Shown here: in pieces, positions 40,874 to 50,870 of the stretch
Numbering within the stretch: position 1 is the first letter of the stretch
Layout of the letters: every line of letters starts with the position of its first letter
Origin: Candidatus Altiarchaeota archaeon
GTDB taxonomy: Archaea > Altiarchaeota > Altiarchaeia > IMC4 > QMZM01
NCBI GenBank assembly: GCA_038891095.1
Contig: JAWAEV010000001.1
Coordinates: 5,248-69,247 of the forward strand
Length of the DNA stretch: 64,000 bases
Direction of reading: 5' to 3'
Notes under the pieces: generated by a model
What the model was told of the DNA's origin: nothing
The model's database searches: none
Seen by the model: only the letters and a program-made list of their open reading frames with translations
Translations under genes and position numbers: made by a program

Positions 40874-41755
40874 ATGATAGATACTGAGTTTTTAGAAAAT
40901 TTAAAAAATTTAAATTTCATAGCTCGGAAGAAAATTACAAGTGTATACATAGGTTCAAGAAGCTCAGTGATGCAAGGTCGTGGCTTAGAAATTTTTGACC
41001 ATAGAGAGTATTTCCCAGGAGATGATTTTAGAGCGATAGACTGGAAATTATATGGTAGAACTGAAAAATTATTCATTCGTCGCTTTGAGGAAGAAAAAAA
41101 TCTCACATTACATGTATTAATTGATTCAAGTAGAAGTATGGATTTTTCTCTTGGTGGAAAGAGAAAATTTGATTATGCAGAAAGTATTGCTATGGGCTTT
41201 ACATATTTAGCGATGATAAAATATGAAAAATTTTCAACAGCTTTATATGCTGAGAAAATTAGAGAAGTTACAGCAGCAAAAAAAGGGAAAAAACATTTCT
41301 TTAGTATTTTAGATTTGTTAAATAAAGTTGAACCATATGGCCAAAGTAAATTAAAAGAATCAATGGAACAGTATAGGAATTTTATAAAGACAAAATCCTT
41401 TGTTGTGTTAATATCTGACTTCTTAGAGGAGCTATCTTCAATAGAAGAAGGGCTTTACAGACTTGCAAAAAATTCAAAAGAATGTATTGCAATACAAATT
41501 TTAGATCCAAGTGAAATTTATCTTAAGTGGAATGAGGACATAAAATTTGAGGATTTAGAGACATATAGGACAGAGGTAGCTTACATAAGCCCAGGATTTA
41601 GAGAGGAATATAGAAGAAGAATAAAAGAGCACATATTCAAAATACAAAAAATTTGTGATGATTTAGATATAGAATTTTTTTTACTCACTACAGATATGCC
41701 ATTATTTGATTCATTTCTGAATATTTTAAGATTGAAAAAGAAGGTTATAATATAA
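40874..41755 (+). CDS. DUF58 domain protein (MoxR-associated, vWA-like fold)
   Basis: LEIFDHREYFPGDDFRAIDWKLYGRTEKLFIRRFEEEKNLTLHVLIDSSRSM matches the DUF58 core. Confidence 0.7.
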   Translation: MIDTEFLENLKNLNFIARKKITSVYIGSRSSVMQGRGLEIFDHREYFPGDDFRAIDWKLYGRTEKLFIRRFEEEKNLTLHVLIDSSRSMDFSLGGKRKFDYAESIAMGFTYLAMIKYEKFSTALYAEKIREVTAAKKGKKHFFSILDLLNKVEPYGQSKLKESMEQYRNFIKTKSFVVLISDFLEELSSIEEGLYRLAKNSKECIAIQILDPSEIYLKWNEDIKFEDLETYRTEVAYISPGFREEYRRRIKEHIFKIQKICDDLDIEFFLLTTDMPLFDSFLNILRLKKKVII

Positions 41756-42453
41756 TGGAAAAATTCATTTCAATACAAAAGGATTTTGATAAATTGATTG
41801 GTGGAGGTTTAATTTCAGGTAACATAACACATATTTATGGTCCGCCCGCATCTGGAAAAACAAATTTTGCTATGATAGCAATGAAAAATGCTGCCAAAGA
41901 AGGCAAAGTTATCTTCATCGACTCAGAAGGTGGTTTCTCCATAGAGAGACTAAAGCAAATTTCTGGTGAGGAATTTGAAAATGTTTTGAAAAATTTATTA
42001 TTAATTGAACCAACTGATTATGATGAGCAGAAAGTTGCAATTAAAAAGTTAGATGAACTTGTGCCAAAAGTAAGTGCAAAATTAGTCATTGTTGATTCAA
42101 TTGCTGTTCTTTATCGCTTAGAAGAGGAGAAAGATGTTAAGGAACTTGGAAGACAATTAGCTCAATTATTGAAAGTTGCAAGAAAGAATAATATTCCTGT
42201 GCTTATAACAAATCAAGTTTATACAGATATTAACACACAAAAAGTAGTGCCAATCGGTGGAGACATCTTGAGATATTGGGCAAAAATTGTAATTTCATTA
42301 GAAAAATTCAATGACCGAAGATTTGCAATTCTTGAAAAACATAAATTTCTTCCTGAAGGAGCAAAATTAGAATTTAAAATTTGTGAAAAAGGAATTGAGA
42401 TTATTGAAGAAGAAGTCGAAAGCTCTAAAACACAACAACCTTCACTCATTTGA
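41755..42453 (+). CDS. radB: DNA repair and recombination protein RadB (RecA-superfamily ATPase)
   Basis: 232 aa. GGGLISGNITHIYGPPASGKTNFA (Walker A). Reads collinear with Pyrococcus RadB along its length. Its start overlaps the DUF58 stop by 1 nt (TAATG). Confidence 0.8.
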   Translation: MEKFISIQKDFDKLIGGGLISGNITHIYGPPASGKTNFAMIAMKNAAKEGKVIFIDSEGGFSIERLKQISGEEFENVLKNLLLIEPTDYDEQKVAIKKLDELVPKVSAKLVIVDSIAVLYRLEEEKDVKELGRQLAQLLKVARKNNIPVLITNQVYTDINTQKVVPIGGDILRYWAKIVISLEKFNDRRFAILEKHKFLPEGAKLEFKICEKGIEIIEEEVESSKTQQPSLI

Positions 42454-42575
42454 GTAATAGAAAATAGTAAAGAATGAGCACGCTACATAAGCAATTGGGA
42501 CATCTCTATTGAACGCAGAACAAACTACAAAAGGTTGAAACATTAGAAGAGGTATATTGCTTTCTTACTGCTTTC

Positions 42576-43853
42576 TCACCAAGCAAGCCCTTCATAATCT
42601 ATACCCTCTTTATTTCTAACAATATTTCTGCCATCAACAACAATTTTATTCTTCATTACTGAAAAATCCAAATTTTCAAATTCTTTCCAATCAGTTAAAA
42701 TTAAGGCTATGTCCGCATCTTTTAAAGCTTCCTCTGCTGAATTTGCATATTGTATATTAGAAAAAATTTTTTTCATATTAATCATGGCTTTTGGGTCATA
42801 TGCTGAAATTTTTGCTTTTTCCTTGAGTAAAATTTTTATGACAGGTATTGACTGAGATTCACGGATATCATCAGTATCTGCCTTAAAAGCTAAACCAAGA
42901 ACTGCAACTTTCTTTCCTGAGAAATTTTTAACTTTCTTTTTTGCTAACTCAATTAGCTTATAAGGCTGTTTGGAATTTACTTTCATAACTGAACTTAGAA
43001 GTTCAGGATTATAGTTAACTTTCTTTGCTTCATGAATTAAAGCTTTTAAATCTTTTGGAAAACAACTACCACCAAAACCTAAGCCAGCATTTAAAAAGTA
43101 TGGTGAAATTCTATGATCTAACGAAATTCCTTTTGCTACATCATAAGTATCAATTCCTAATTTCTTGCAAATGTTCCCAATTTCATTAATGAAAGAAATT
43201 TTTGTTGCTAAGAAAGCGTTAGAAGCATATTTAATCATTTCAGCAGTTTTTATATCAGTTCTGAAAATTTTTGAATTGAAGTCCTTATATAGATCCTCTA
43301 CTATATCACCACTCTTTTTGTCAATTGACCCAATAACAATTCTGTCAGGCTTTAAGAAATCATCAAGAGCTATACCCTCCCTTAAAAATTCGGGATTCAT
43401 TACTAAGCCAAAATCTTTCTTACAAATTTTTCCAGAAATTTTTTCTATTATCGGCTTCACAATATTCTCAGTAGTTCCGGGAACAACAGTACTTTTAACA
43501 ACAACAACATGATATGTTTTTTCTTTTAAATTTTTTGCAATATCAGCAGATACTTTTTTAACATATTTTAAATCAGATGAACCATCTTTATCAGTAGGGG
43601 TTCCAACACAGATAAAGGTGATATCAGAATTTAAAATTGCTTCACTCAAATTTAAAGTAGCGAATAAATTTTTTCCTATTCTATTCTCTAAAATTTCTTG
43701 TAACCCTTTTTCATATATTGGAGCTTTTTTTTCATTTATAAGCTCTATTTTTCTCTTATCAATATCAACACAGAAAACCCTGTGTCCTTTTTCAGCAAAT
43801 CCTGCAGCGGTGATTAAGCCCACATAACCTGCACCAATAACTGCAATATTCAT
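42576..43853 (-). CDS. ugd: UDP-glucose 6-dehydrogenase
   Basis: MNIAVIGAGYVGL Rossmann start and catalytic GFGGSCFPKD. Start set at MNIAV, giving 425 aa. Confidence 0.85.
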   Translation of the reverse strand: MNIAVIGAGYVGLITAAGFAEKGHRVFCVDIDKRKIELINEKKAPIYEKGLQEILENRIGKNLFATLNLSEAILNSDITFICVGTPTDKDGSSDLKYVKKVSADIAKNLKEKTYHVVVVKSTVVPGTTENIVKPIIEKISGKICKKDFGLVMNPEFLREGIALDDFLKPDRIVIGSIDKKSGDIVEDLYKDFNSKIFRTDIKTAEMIKYASNAFLATKISFINEIGNICKKLGIDTYDVAKGISLDHRISPYFLNAGLGFGGSCFPKDLKALIHEAKKVNYNPELLSSVMKVNSKQPYKLIELAKKKVKNFSGKKVAVLGLAFKADTDDIRESQSIPVIKILLKEKAKISAYDPKAMINMKKIFSNIQYANSAEEALKDADIALILTDWKEFENLDFSVMKNKIVVDGRNIVRNKEGIDYEGLAW

Positions 43854-43890
43854 TTTGTGAAATTTACTTATATCCTTAGAATAATAAATT

Positions 43891-44238
43891 ATGAATGTGG
43901 AAGTAAAAAAACCCAAAATTGTCAAAAAACCATGGGGCAGAGAAATTTGGATTGCTAATGAGCAGGAATATGCCGGAAAAATTCTAGAAATTAAAAGAGG
44001 TTTTAGCACATCTCTTCATTATCATAAAGAAAAGAAAGAGACAATGTATGTTCTTAAAGGGAACGCAAAAATAAAATTTGAGAAAAAAGATATTAGCTTG
44101 AAAGAAGGTCAGAGCATAGTCATTAACAGGAGTGAAATGCATAAGATAATTGCCATAACAGATTTAAAAATTTTAGAAGTTAGCACTCCTCAACTTGATG
44201 ATGTTACTAGAGTAGAGGACAACTATGGTAGAGTTTAG
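43891..44238 (+). CDS. Small cupin-domain protein (mannose-6-phosphate isomerase type-II C-terminal-like)
   Basis: 115-aa cupin_2-like sequence with His-containing motifs (HYHKEKKETMYVLKG ... MHKIIA). Confidence 0.5.
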   Translation: MNVEVKKPKIVKKPWGREIWIANEQEYAGKILEIKRGFSTSLHYHKEKKETMYVLKGNAKIKFEKKDISLKEGQSIVINRSEMHKIIAITDLKILEVSTPQLDDVTRVEDNYGRV

Positions 44239-44289
44239 TAGAATTTAGTAAAAGAAGTTAAATTCTAAGTAAATAAATTCTAAGTAAAA

Positions 44290-45372
44290 ATGACAAATGT
44301 TAGTGTTATAGTAGGCGGTTTTTTCGGAGATGAAGGTAAAGGCAAAATTATTTCATATCTTGCAAAAAAAGATAAACCAGAAGTGATAGCAAGAGCAGGT
44401 GTTGGTCCTAATGCAGGCCATACGGTATATCATAAAGGAAAAAAATTTGGCCTAAGGCTTATTCCTTCAGGTTTTGTTAATGAGAAAGCAAAACTTTTCA
44501 TTGGGGCAGGAGTTTTGATTGATGTGGAGAGATTTCTCTATGAGGTTGAGCTAACAAATACTTATGGCAGAATTTTTATTGATAAGAGATGTGGGATAAT
44601 TGAGCAAAAACATAAAGAACTTGACTCAAGTAACAATTTTCTAAAAAAAACTATCGGCACTACAGGCTCAGGTTGTGGGCCGGCAAATGCTGATAGAGCA
44701 AATAGAAAGTTAAAATTAGCTTCTCAAATTCCTGAGCTTAAGGATTTTCTTATTGATGTTCCTTTAGAGCTAAATGATGCTATTGAAAGAGGTGAAAAAA
44801 TTTTGGTTGAAGCATCTCAAGGCTTTGGATTATCACTTTTTTATGGAACTTATCCCCAGGTCACATCTAAGGATACAACAGCTTCAATGGCTTTAGCTGA
44901 TGTTGGAATTGGACCAACAAAAGTTAAAGAAGTTATAGTTGTCTATAAAGCTTACTTAACGAGAGTTGGAGAAGGCGAAATGAGAGAGATGATAACTGAA
45001 GAAAATGTTTCAAGATATGATTATTGGTTGGAAATTTTAAATAAAGCAAAGGAGAGAGGTATAAAAGGTTCAGTGAATGAAATAATTGCAGAATATTTTA
45101 ATGAGAAAGGAACAGTCACGCAGAGATTAAGACGCATAGGCAACTTTGATTTTTCATTAGCGAGATATTCAGCAATGATTAATGGTGCAACTCAAATAGC
45201 AATAACCTGCTTAGATAGATTATTTCCTGAAGTTAATGGCATGAAAAAATATGAAAATTTATCTGAAAGAGCAAAATCTTACATAGAGAAAATTCAAAAA
45301 GAAGTAAAAGTAAAGATCACTTTAATTTCTACAGGTCCTGAAGCTGGGGATATTGTTGATTTGAGAAAATAA
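44290..45372 (+). CDS. purA: Adenylosuccinate synthetase (short archaeal form)
   Basis: GDEGKGKI P-loop, GPNAGHT and TTGSGCGP motifs. Confidence 0.85.
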   Translation: MTNVSVIVGGFFGDEGKGKIISYLAKKDKPEVIARAGVGPNAGHTVYHKGKKFGLRLIPSGFVNEKAKLFIGAGVLIDVERFLYEVELTNTYGRIFIDKRCGIIEQKHKELDSSNNFLKKTIGTTGSGCGPANADRANRKLKLASQIPELKDFLIDVPLELNDAIERGEKILVEASQGFGLSLFYGTYPQVTSKDTTASMALADVGIGPTKVKEVIVVYKAYLTRVGEGEMREMITEENVSRYDYWLEILNKAKERGIKGSVNEIIAEYFNEKGTVTQRLRRIGNFDFSLARYSAMINGATQIAITCLDRLFPEVNGMKKYENLSERAKSYIEKIQKEVKVKITLISTGPEAGDIVDLRK

Positions 45373-45412
45373 AGAGTAATAAAAAGTTAAAAAGAATTTC
45401 TATAGTTTAAGA

Positions 45413-46489
45413 ATGATCTCAATAATTGGTGCTGGCCCAGTAGGATGTTTTTCTGCGATATCTGCTATTGAAAATGGCAACGATGTGGAAATTTTCGAAG
45501 CACAAAAAATTGAGAATAGGAAAGTAAAGTGCTCAGGGCTTGTTTCCGTTTCTGGGATTTTTCAGCTTTCATTATCTTTACCAAACGATTGCATTCTCAA
45601 TAAAGTTCGTGGAGCAAAAATTTTCTCTCCATCTGGAAAGGAAATTTTAATTAATGCTAAAGAAGAGAAAGCCTTTGTTTTAGACAGAAGGAAATTTGAT
45701 AATTTTCTTTTGAATAGGGCGATAGATAGAGGTGCAGTATTTAAAAATGAAAAAATTTCAGATTTAAAAAAGATAAAAGGCAAGAGAATTGTATTGGCAA
45801 CAGGAACAAACTATAATTTGCAAAAAAAATTAAATTTACCAACTCCAAAAAAATTTCTCATTGGTGCGCAGTATGAGATGAAAATCTCTTGCGAAAAAGA
45901 ATTTGTTGAACTGTATTTTGGAAAAAAAATTGCACCAAATTTTTTCTCTTGGATTATTCCTATTGATGATAACTATGGCAGAGTAGGTTTATGCACTGAA
46001 AAAGAAACAATTTTTTACTTAAAAAATTTTTTGAGAAAATTGAAAAAAAAAGGTAGGATAAAAAATGAAAAAATTTTTGAGAGAAATTTTGGGATAATTC
46101 CAATTTATGACCCAAAAATGAAAACGCAATTTGATAACATTGCCATAGTTGGAGATGCTGCTGCTCAAGTAAAAGCAACAACTGGTGGCGGGATTATTCT
46201 TGGTTGTATTGCTGCAAAATTCTCTCATGATGAGGACTATGAAAAAAAATGGAGAAAAGAAATTGGTAAGGAGCTATATCTTCATTTACAAATAAGAAAA
46301 TTTCTAAATAAACTATCTGACAAAAATCTTGAAAGGCTTTTTTCATTAATTGATGAGAATAAGGAAATTATTCAGGAGAAAGGCGATATGGATTTGGCAT
46401 CAAGAATAATTTTTCCCTTAGCAAAAGAACCAAGATTCATTCTAAATTTTCTTTCAAAATTGCCATATTTTGTGTGTGATTTATTATAA
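45413..46489 (+). CDS. Geranylgeranyl reductase-family FAD-dependent oxidoreductase
   Basis: IIGAGPVGCFSA dinucleotide motif and internal GDAA motif (VGDAAAQV). 358 aa. Confidence 0.65.
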   Translation: MISIIGAGPVGCFSAISAIENGNDVEIFEAQKIENRKVKCSGLVSVSGIFQLSLSLPNDCILNKVRGAKIFSPSGKEILINAKEEKAFVLDRRKFDNFLLNRAIDRGAVFKNEKISDLKKIKGKRIVLATGTNYNLQKKLNLPTPKKFLIGAQYEMKISCEKEFVELYFGKKIAPNFFSWIIPIDDNYGRVGLCTEKETIFYLKNFLRKLKKKGRIKNEKIFERNFGIIPIYDPKMKTQFDNIAIVGDAAAQVKATTGGGIILGCIAAKFSHDEDYEKKWRKEIGKELYLHLQIRKFLNKLSDKNLERLFSLIDENKEIIQEKGDMDLASRIIFPLAKEPRFILNFLSKLPYFVCDLL

Positions 46490-46510
46490 AGTAGCATAAT
46501 TATATTTAAC

Positions 46511-46786
46511 ATGGAATTATTTACAATTATCTGGGTGAGTATTGGCATATTGCTTTTATTGTTAATTCCAGGTGTAGCAATGAGTTTTGCAATTTTTCCA
46601 AAAAAAGATGATTTAGAATTGCTTTATAGATTCGGGATAAGTCTTGTCTTAGGTTTCACACCTTTTTTCTTGCTTTACTTTGCTGAAAAAAATTTTTTTA
46701 TGCCTGTAAATCTTGAAACAACTTCTGCTGCAATTTTATTTGTATTTTTTATTAGTATGATAATATGGTTTCTCAGGAGGATGTAA
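46511..46786 (+). CDS. Small membrane protein (2-3 TM)
   Basis: Hydrophobic 91-aa ORF. Overlaps the downstream HD gene by 22 nt. Confidence 0.3.
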   Translation: MELFTIIWVSIGILLLLLIPGVAMSFAIFPKKDDLELLYRFGISLVLGFTPFFLLYFAEKNFFMPVNLETTSAAILFVFFISMIIWFLRRM

Positions 46787-47964
46787 CTACTCCTATAGAA
46801 ATGAAAAAAGGTAAGATAATTCGTGACCCAATTCATGGGAATATAAAAGCTGATGAGTTAGAGATAAAGCTTATTGACACGCCAGAAATGCAAAGATTGC
46901 GGAGAATAAAACAAAATGGTTTTTGCTATTTGATTTATCCTGCAATGACTTCAAGTAGATTTGAGCATTCCCTTGGAGTTATGCATCTTGCAGGTTTAAT
47001 TTCTGATCATTTAGGATTGAATAAAGAGCAAAGAAAATTTTTAAGAGTTTCTGCATTGCTTCATGATATAGGGCATTTTCCATTTTCTCATAGTTCTGAG
47101 GAAGTATTGAAAAAATATGGTTTCTCGCACGAGGAAAATTCAGCTGAGATTATAACGAAAAGTGAAATTTCAGAAATTTTAGAAGATGAAGGTATTAGCC
47201 CTAAGGAAGTGGCAGATTTTATAAAAGGTAAGGGAGAACTATCAAAATTATTATCCTCAGAAATTGACATTGATAAGATGGATTATTTAATAAGAGATTC
47301 ATATTATGCTGGTGTAGCATATGGCGTTATTGACCTACAGAGGGTAATTCATGGAATAAAAATTTTTGATGATAAAGTTGTGGTAAAAAAAAGTAGTTTA
47401 GAGGCAGTTGAATCCTTGCTAATTTCAAGAAATTTGATGTATCAAACAGTTTATAGACATCACACAAAGAGAATTGTCGAAAGTATGTTTAAGCATGCAT
47501 TAGAGTTTCTATTTAAAACAAAAAAATTAAACTACAAAGATTTTGTAAATTTTGATGATTTTGATATAGTATCTTTGCTTAGAAAATCAAAAGGCTATGG
47601 CAAAGAGATGATAGAAAGGATTGATAACAGAGCACTTTTTAAGATTTTTTTTCAACAGAATGTAAAGGAACTTCCAGAAAATTTTATAAAAAAAATTAAA
47701 GAAAATTCTGAGAGCATAGAGAAAAAAATATCAGATGATTTTGGAATTTCTCAAGGTTATGTTTTGATTGATTTCCCAAATACAAAATTGTCTGAATTCG
47801 AAATTGTATTTGAAACAGAAAATAGCTTAAGAAAAATTGATGAAATTTCATCACTCGCAAATGCATTGAAAAACTCAGAACAAGAAAAGTTAACATTTTG
47901 CATTTATACTCCATTAGAAATGAAGGAAAAATTTAAGGATTTTAACATTGCTAATTATTTTTAA
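46765..47964 (+). CDS. HD-domain phosphohydrolase (dNTP triphosphohydrolase/SAMHD1-like)
   Basis: FEHSLGV...LLHDIGHFPFSH (HD motif) and DYLIRDSYY. Confidence 0.75.
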   Translation: MVSQEDVTTPIEMKKGKIIRDPIHGNIKADELEIKLIDTPEMQRLRRIKQNGFCYLIYPAMTSSRFEHSLGVMHLAGLISDHLGLNKEQRKFLRVSALLHDIGHFPFSHSSEEVLKKYGFSHEENSAEIITKSEISEILEDEGISPKEVADFIKGKGELSKLLSSEIDIDKMDYLIRDSYYAGVAYGVIDLQRVIHGIKIFDDKVVVKKSSLEAVESLLISRNLMYQTVYRHHTKRIVESMFKHALEFLFKTKKLNYKDFVNFDDFDIVSLLRKSKGYGKEMIERIDNRALFKIFFQQNVKELPENFIKKIKENSESIEKKISDDFGISQGYVLIDFPNTKLSEFEIVFETENSLRKIDEISSLANALKNSEQEKLTFCIYTPLEMKEKFKDFNIANYF

Positions 47965-47984
47965 CTTTCAAATTTTGTGAGCAT

Positions 47985-48941
47985 TTAAGAGCTCAATCCT
48001 TGAATTATTCCTGCCTCAATGTGGAGAGTGCTCTCACCTATGATTTTTTCCTGATAGTTAAATGTTAAAGGCACATAAAATTTTCCTCTTGGAAGATATT
48101 TCTTTGAGCAGTTATAAATCCTCACTTCAGTTGTTGGATTTAATGGATCTAATATTATAAAGGTCTCAATTCTATCTGTGTTTTTATTTAAGTCAACTAC
48201 GCCCTGAGAACAATCCCCTTTCGGAATTAACTCTGTTAATATCAAACTTTTATTAAGTTTACTTAAAATTGAAAATTCAAATATGTCTTCTTTGTAAGAT
48301 ATACTTGATGGGTCTACAACGAAATTTTTAAATCCATCAGAAGTTGTTTTAAAATCAAAAAAAACAAAAATTCCTGTTTGCCATAAAAAAATCAGGACTA
48401 ACAAAAAAGCTAAAAAAAGCAGAATTAAGAAAAGTAGAAATGTAAGAACCACTTTTCTCGAATCAAATTTATGCGATATCTTTATTAATATCAAAATAGG
48501 TCTTGCAGAATAGAGTAGAATAAGATACAATGCAAATTTTCCTATAAAAGGTAAAAATTGTATGAGGCTAGATAATATTAAAGCAGATGACAGCAGTGAT
48601 AATAAATGGCTCTGAGTTGAAAAATTTCCATATCCATTAAAAATTCTTGCTGATATGTAAAGCAAAAAAGAAAGAAAAATAAATAGAATAAGACATAGTG
48701 CAGGCATGGAGAAAAGATATAGAAAAGGGGAATAAATAGTTAGACTGTTTATTAAAATTTTTGATATGAAGTCAATTTCTATGGAGGGATATATAAGTGA
48801 GATGGTTAAAATTATAGCAGCATAAATGAAGCTTGCTTTTAGAATATTTCTAACTGCCTGAGAAGTTGAACCTCGGTCTTTTTCAGCATTGAAAGTATCA
48901 TGTGGATAGATTAAAGAATCAAAAAAGAGCACGATATCCAT
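47985..48941 (-). CDS. Membrane protein (Yip1-like?) with an extracytoplasmic C-terminal domain
   Basis: Multiple TM helices, then a roughly 120-aa hydrophilic tail. No diagnostic motif. Confidence 0.4.
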   Translation of the reverse strand: MDIVLFFDSLIYPHDTFNAEKDRGSTSQAVRNILKASFIYAAIILTISLIYPSIEIDFISKILINSLTIYSPFLYLFSMPALCLILFIFLSFLLYISARIFNGYGNFSTQSHLLSLLSSALILSSLIQFLPFIGKFALYLILLYSARPILILIKISHKFDSRKVVLTFLLFLILLFLAFLLVLIFLWQTGIFVFFDFKTTSDGFKNFVVDPSSISYKEDIFEFSILSKLNKSLILTELIPKGDCSQGVVDLNKNTDRIETFIILDPLNPTTEVRIYNCSKKYLPRGKFYVPLTFNYQEKIIGESTLHIEAGIIQGLSS

Positions 48942-48975
48942 GTTAGATATTTGAAATGCAAAATTTAAAACATTG

Positions 48976-49920
48976 CTATGACCTCATAGGTTCCAAAATT
49001 TCTATCAACGCCTCAGCAACAGCATTTTTTAAATCCTGAGGATGTAACTTGCCATCAAGATAGTAGCGCTCCAATTCATCATAGGAATTAAAAAATATGT
49101 CTCCTCCAAATTTCTCTTTGCGTTCAATTTCTATTTTCCCTTTTTTTGGGAAAATCAAATATTCACAAATTTGAAGAACTACATTGCTACTTACATCTTT
49201 TGGAGGACAATATGCTGATGCAATTTTTTTTCTAATGCTCTCTGGTTTTTCATCAACTGCAATTATTGTCTCTGGTTTTGAACTTGACATCTTCTGCTCT
49301 GGACCTTGAAGAGAAGATAAAAGTGGTGTATGTATACAAACAAATTTTTTATAATTTAATTCTGGCAATATCTCTCTTGCTAACATGTGAATTTTTCTTT
49401 GCTCCAAACCACCATGAGCAATGTCAACATCTAAGGCCTTTATATCTGCAATTTGCATTAAAGGATAGATCACTTGAGAAACTCTTGCGTGCTCTAAATC
49501 ACGAGCAATTTCCTGCATACTTCTTCTTGCTCTCATAAGTGTTGTCTTTAAACCTAATGTTAACACATCTCTTATGTAGTCTCTATTAAATTGGAAATCA
49601 GTGCCTTTTATAAATTCTGCCTCCCGCAAGCCAGCCTTCATTAATGTTTCTTTCCATATCTGCAACTGTTCCTCAATAAATTTTTCATCACCTTTTCTGT
49701 TAAGAAATGTATGCAAATCTGCAAGAAGAACTTTGACTTTCAACCCAGCATTTTGAAAATCAACTTGCTTTTGAATTGCAACAAGAGTGCCGATATGCAC
49801 AGGGCCAGATACCTCATAACCACAATATGTTATCGCTAATGGCTTTTTCTTAAGTAATTCATAAAGTTCTTCATGTGTTATAATTTCCTTTGTATTTCTT
49901 TCGATTAATGAGAGATCCAT
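48976..49920 (-). CDS. tyrS: Tyrosyl-tRNA synthetase (archaeal type)
   Basis: HIGT and KMSSS class I motifs. Start placed at MDLSLIERNTKEII. Confidence 0.8.
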   Translation of the reverse strand: MDLSLIERNTKEIITHEELYELLKKKPLAITYCGYEVSGPVHIGTLVAIQKQVDFQNAGLKVKVLLADLHTFLNRKGDEKFIEEQLQIWKETLMKAGLREAEFIKGTDFQFNRDYIRDVLTLGLKTTLMRARRSMQEIARDLEHARVSQVIYPLMQIADIKALDVDIAHGGLEQRKIHMLAREILPELNYKKFVCIHTPLLSSLQGPEQKMSSSKPETIIAVDEKPESIRKKIASAYCPPKDVSSNVVLQICEYLIFPKKGKIEIERKEKFGGDIFFNSYDELERYYLDGKLHPQDLKNAVAEALIEILEPMRS

Positions 49921-50165
49921 TAAATCACCCTTTCGAGTTCTCCAATTAAATTCCACAAAATTGTTTTTATATCCACTGGGATACTACTATCGTTAGATAT
50001 TGTATCTAATTCATATATTGCAGATGTCACTCTAACACCGATATCTTGCTTTTCATCTTTAAGATCAGAACAAATTTTATTTAACTTGTCTTTAACTCTC
50101 TTTGATAATTCTACATTTTCAGAAACTTCTTCTATTTTCTCTATTATTCTGTCCAAATCTGCCAT
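49920..50165 (-). CDS. Small conserved archaeal protein (UPF0147-like)
   Basis: 81 aa, helical, with NDSSIPVDIK motif. Its stop overlaps the tyrS start by 1 nt. Confidence 0.4.
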   Translation of the reverse strand: MADLDRIIEKIEEVSENVELSKRVKDKLNKICSDLKDEKQDIGVRVTSAIYELDTISNDSSIPVDIKTILWNLIGELERVI

Positions 50166-50238
50166 TTTATCTGTATTACTTATTAATTTTATTTAAAAAA
50201 CTATTTAAAAATTTAAATTAGAATATCAGAATGTTGAA

Positions 50239-50868
50239 ATGACAAAACAGACAAAACATCGCAAAAAAGAGATAATTGCAAAAGGTGCTGAAGCTATTCT
50301 TTATAGGGAAGGTGAAAAACTTGTTAAAGATAGAGTTAGGAAAAGGTATAGATTAGAGGAAATTGACAAAAAACTCAGAGAGAGAAGGACAAAACACGAA
50401 GCAAAAATTTTAAAAAGCGCTAACGAAGTTATTCCCGTACCAAAAATTTTCAAATTTTCAGAAAAAGAATGTAAAATTGAGATGGAGTTTCTCTATGGAA
50501 AAACACTTAAAGATTTTTTCGAAAGTTGCAGTGAAAACGACATTGTAGAAAAAAGTAGAAAAATTGGAGCTTTTATAGCAAAGTTACATTCTAAGAATAT
50601 TGTGCATAATGATCTAACAACATCTAACATGCTTCTTTCCAATAGTGAAATTTACTTCATAGATTTTGGCTTAGCTATACACTCAACAAGAATTGAAGAT
50701 AAAGCCATGGACTTAGTTGTTTTGAAGAAAGCAATTAAAGCGACACATCCAAAAAAATTTCAAGTTATATGGAAGGAAATTCTGAGAGGGTACAAAACAA
50801 TAGCCGAAAGATATAGCGAAATTATTGCAAGAATTGAAAATATCGAAAAAAGGGCAAGATATCTTTAA
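50239..50868 (+). CDS. KEOPS complex kinase Bud32
   Basis: Minimal RIO-like kinase, 209 aa. HNDLTTSNML and DFGLA motifs. Confidence 0.75.
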   Translation: MTKQTKHRKKEIIAKGAEAILYREGEKLVKDRVRKRYRLEEIDKKLRERRTKHEAKILKSANEVIPVPKIFKFSEKECKIEMEFLYGKTLKDFFESCSENDIVEKSRKIGAFIAKLHSKNIVHNDLTTSNMLLSNSEIYFIDFGLAIHSTRIEDKAMDLVVLKKAIKATHPKKFQVIWKEILRGYKTIAERYSEIIARIENIEKRARYL

Positions 50869-50870
50869 AT

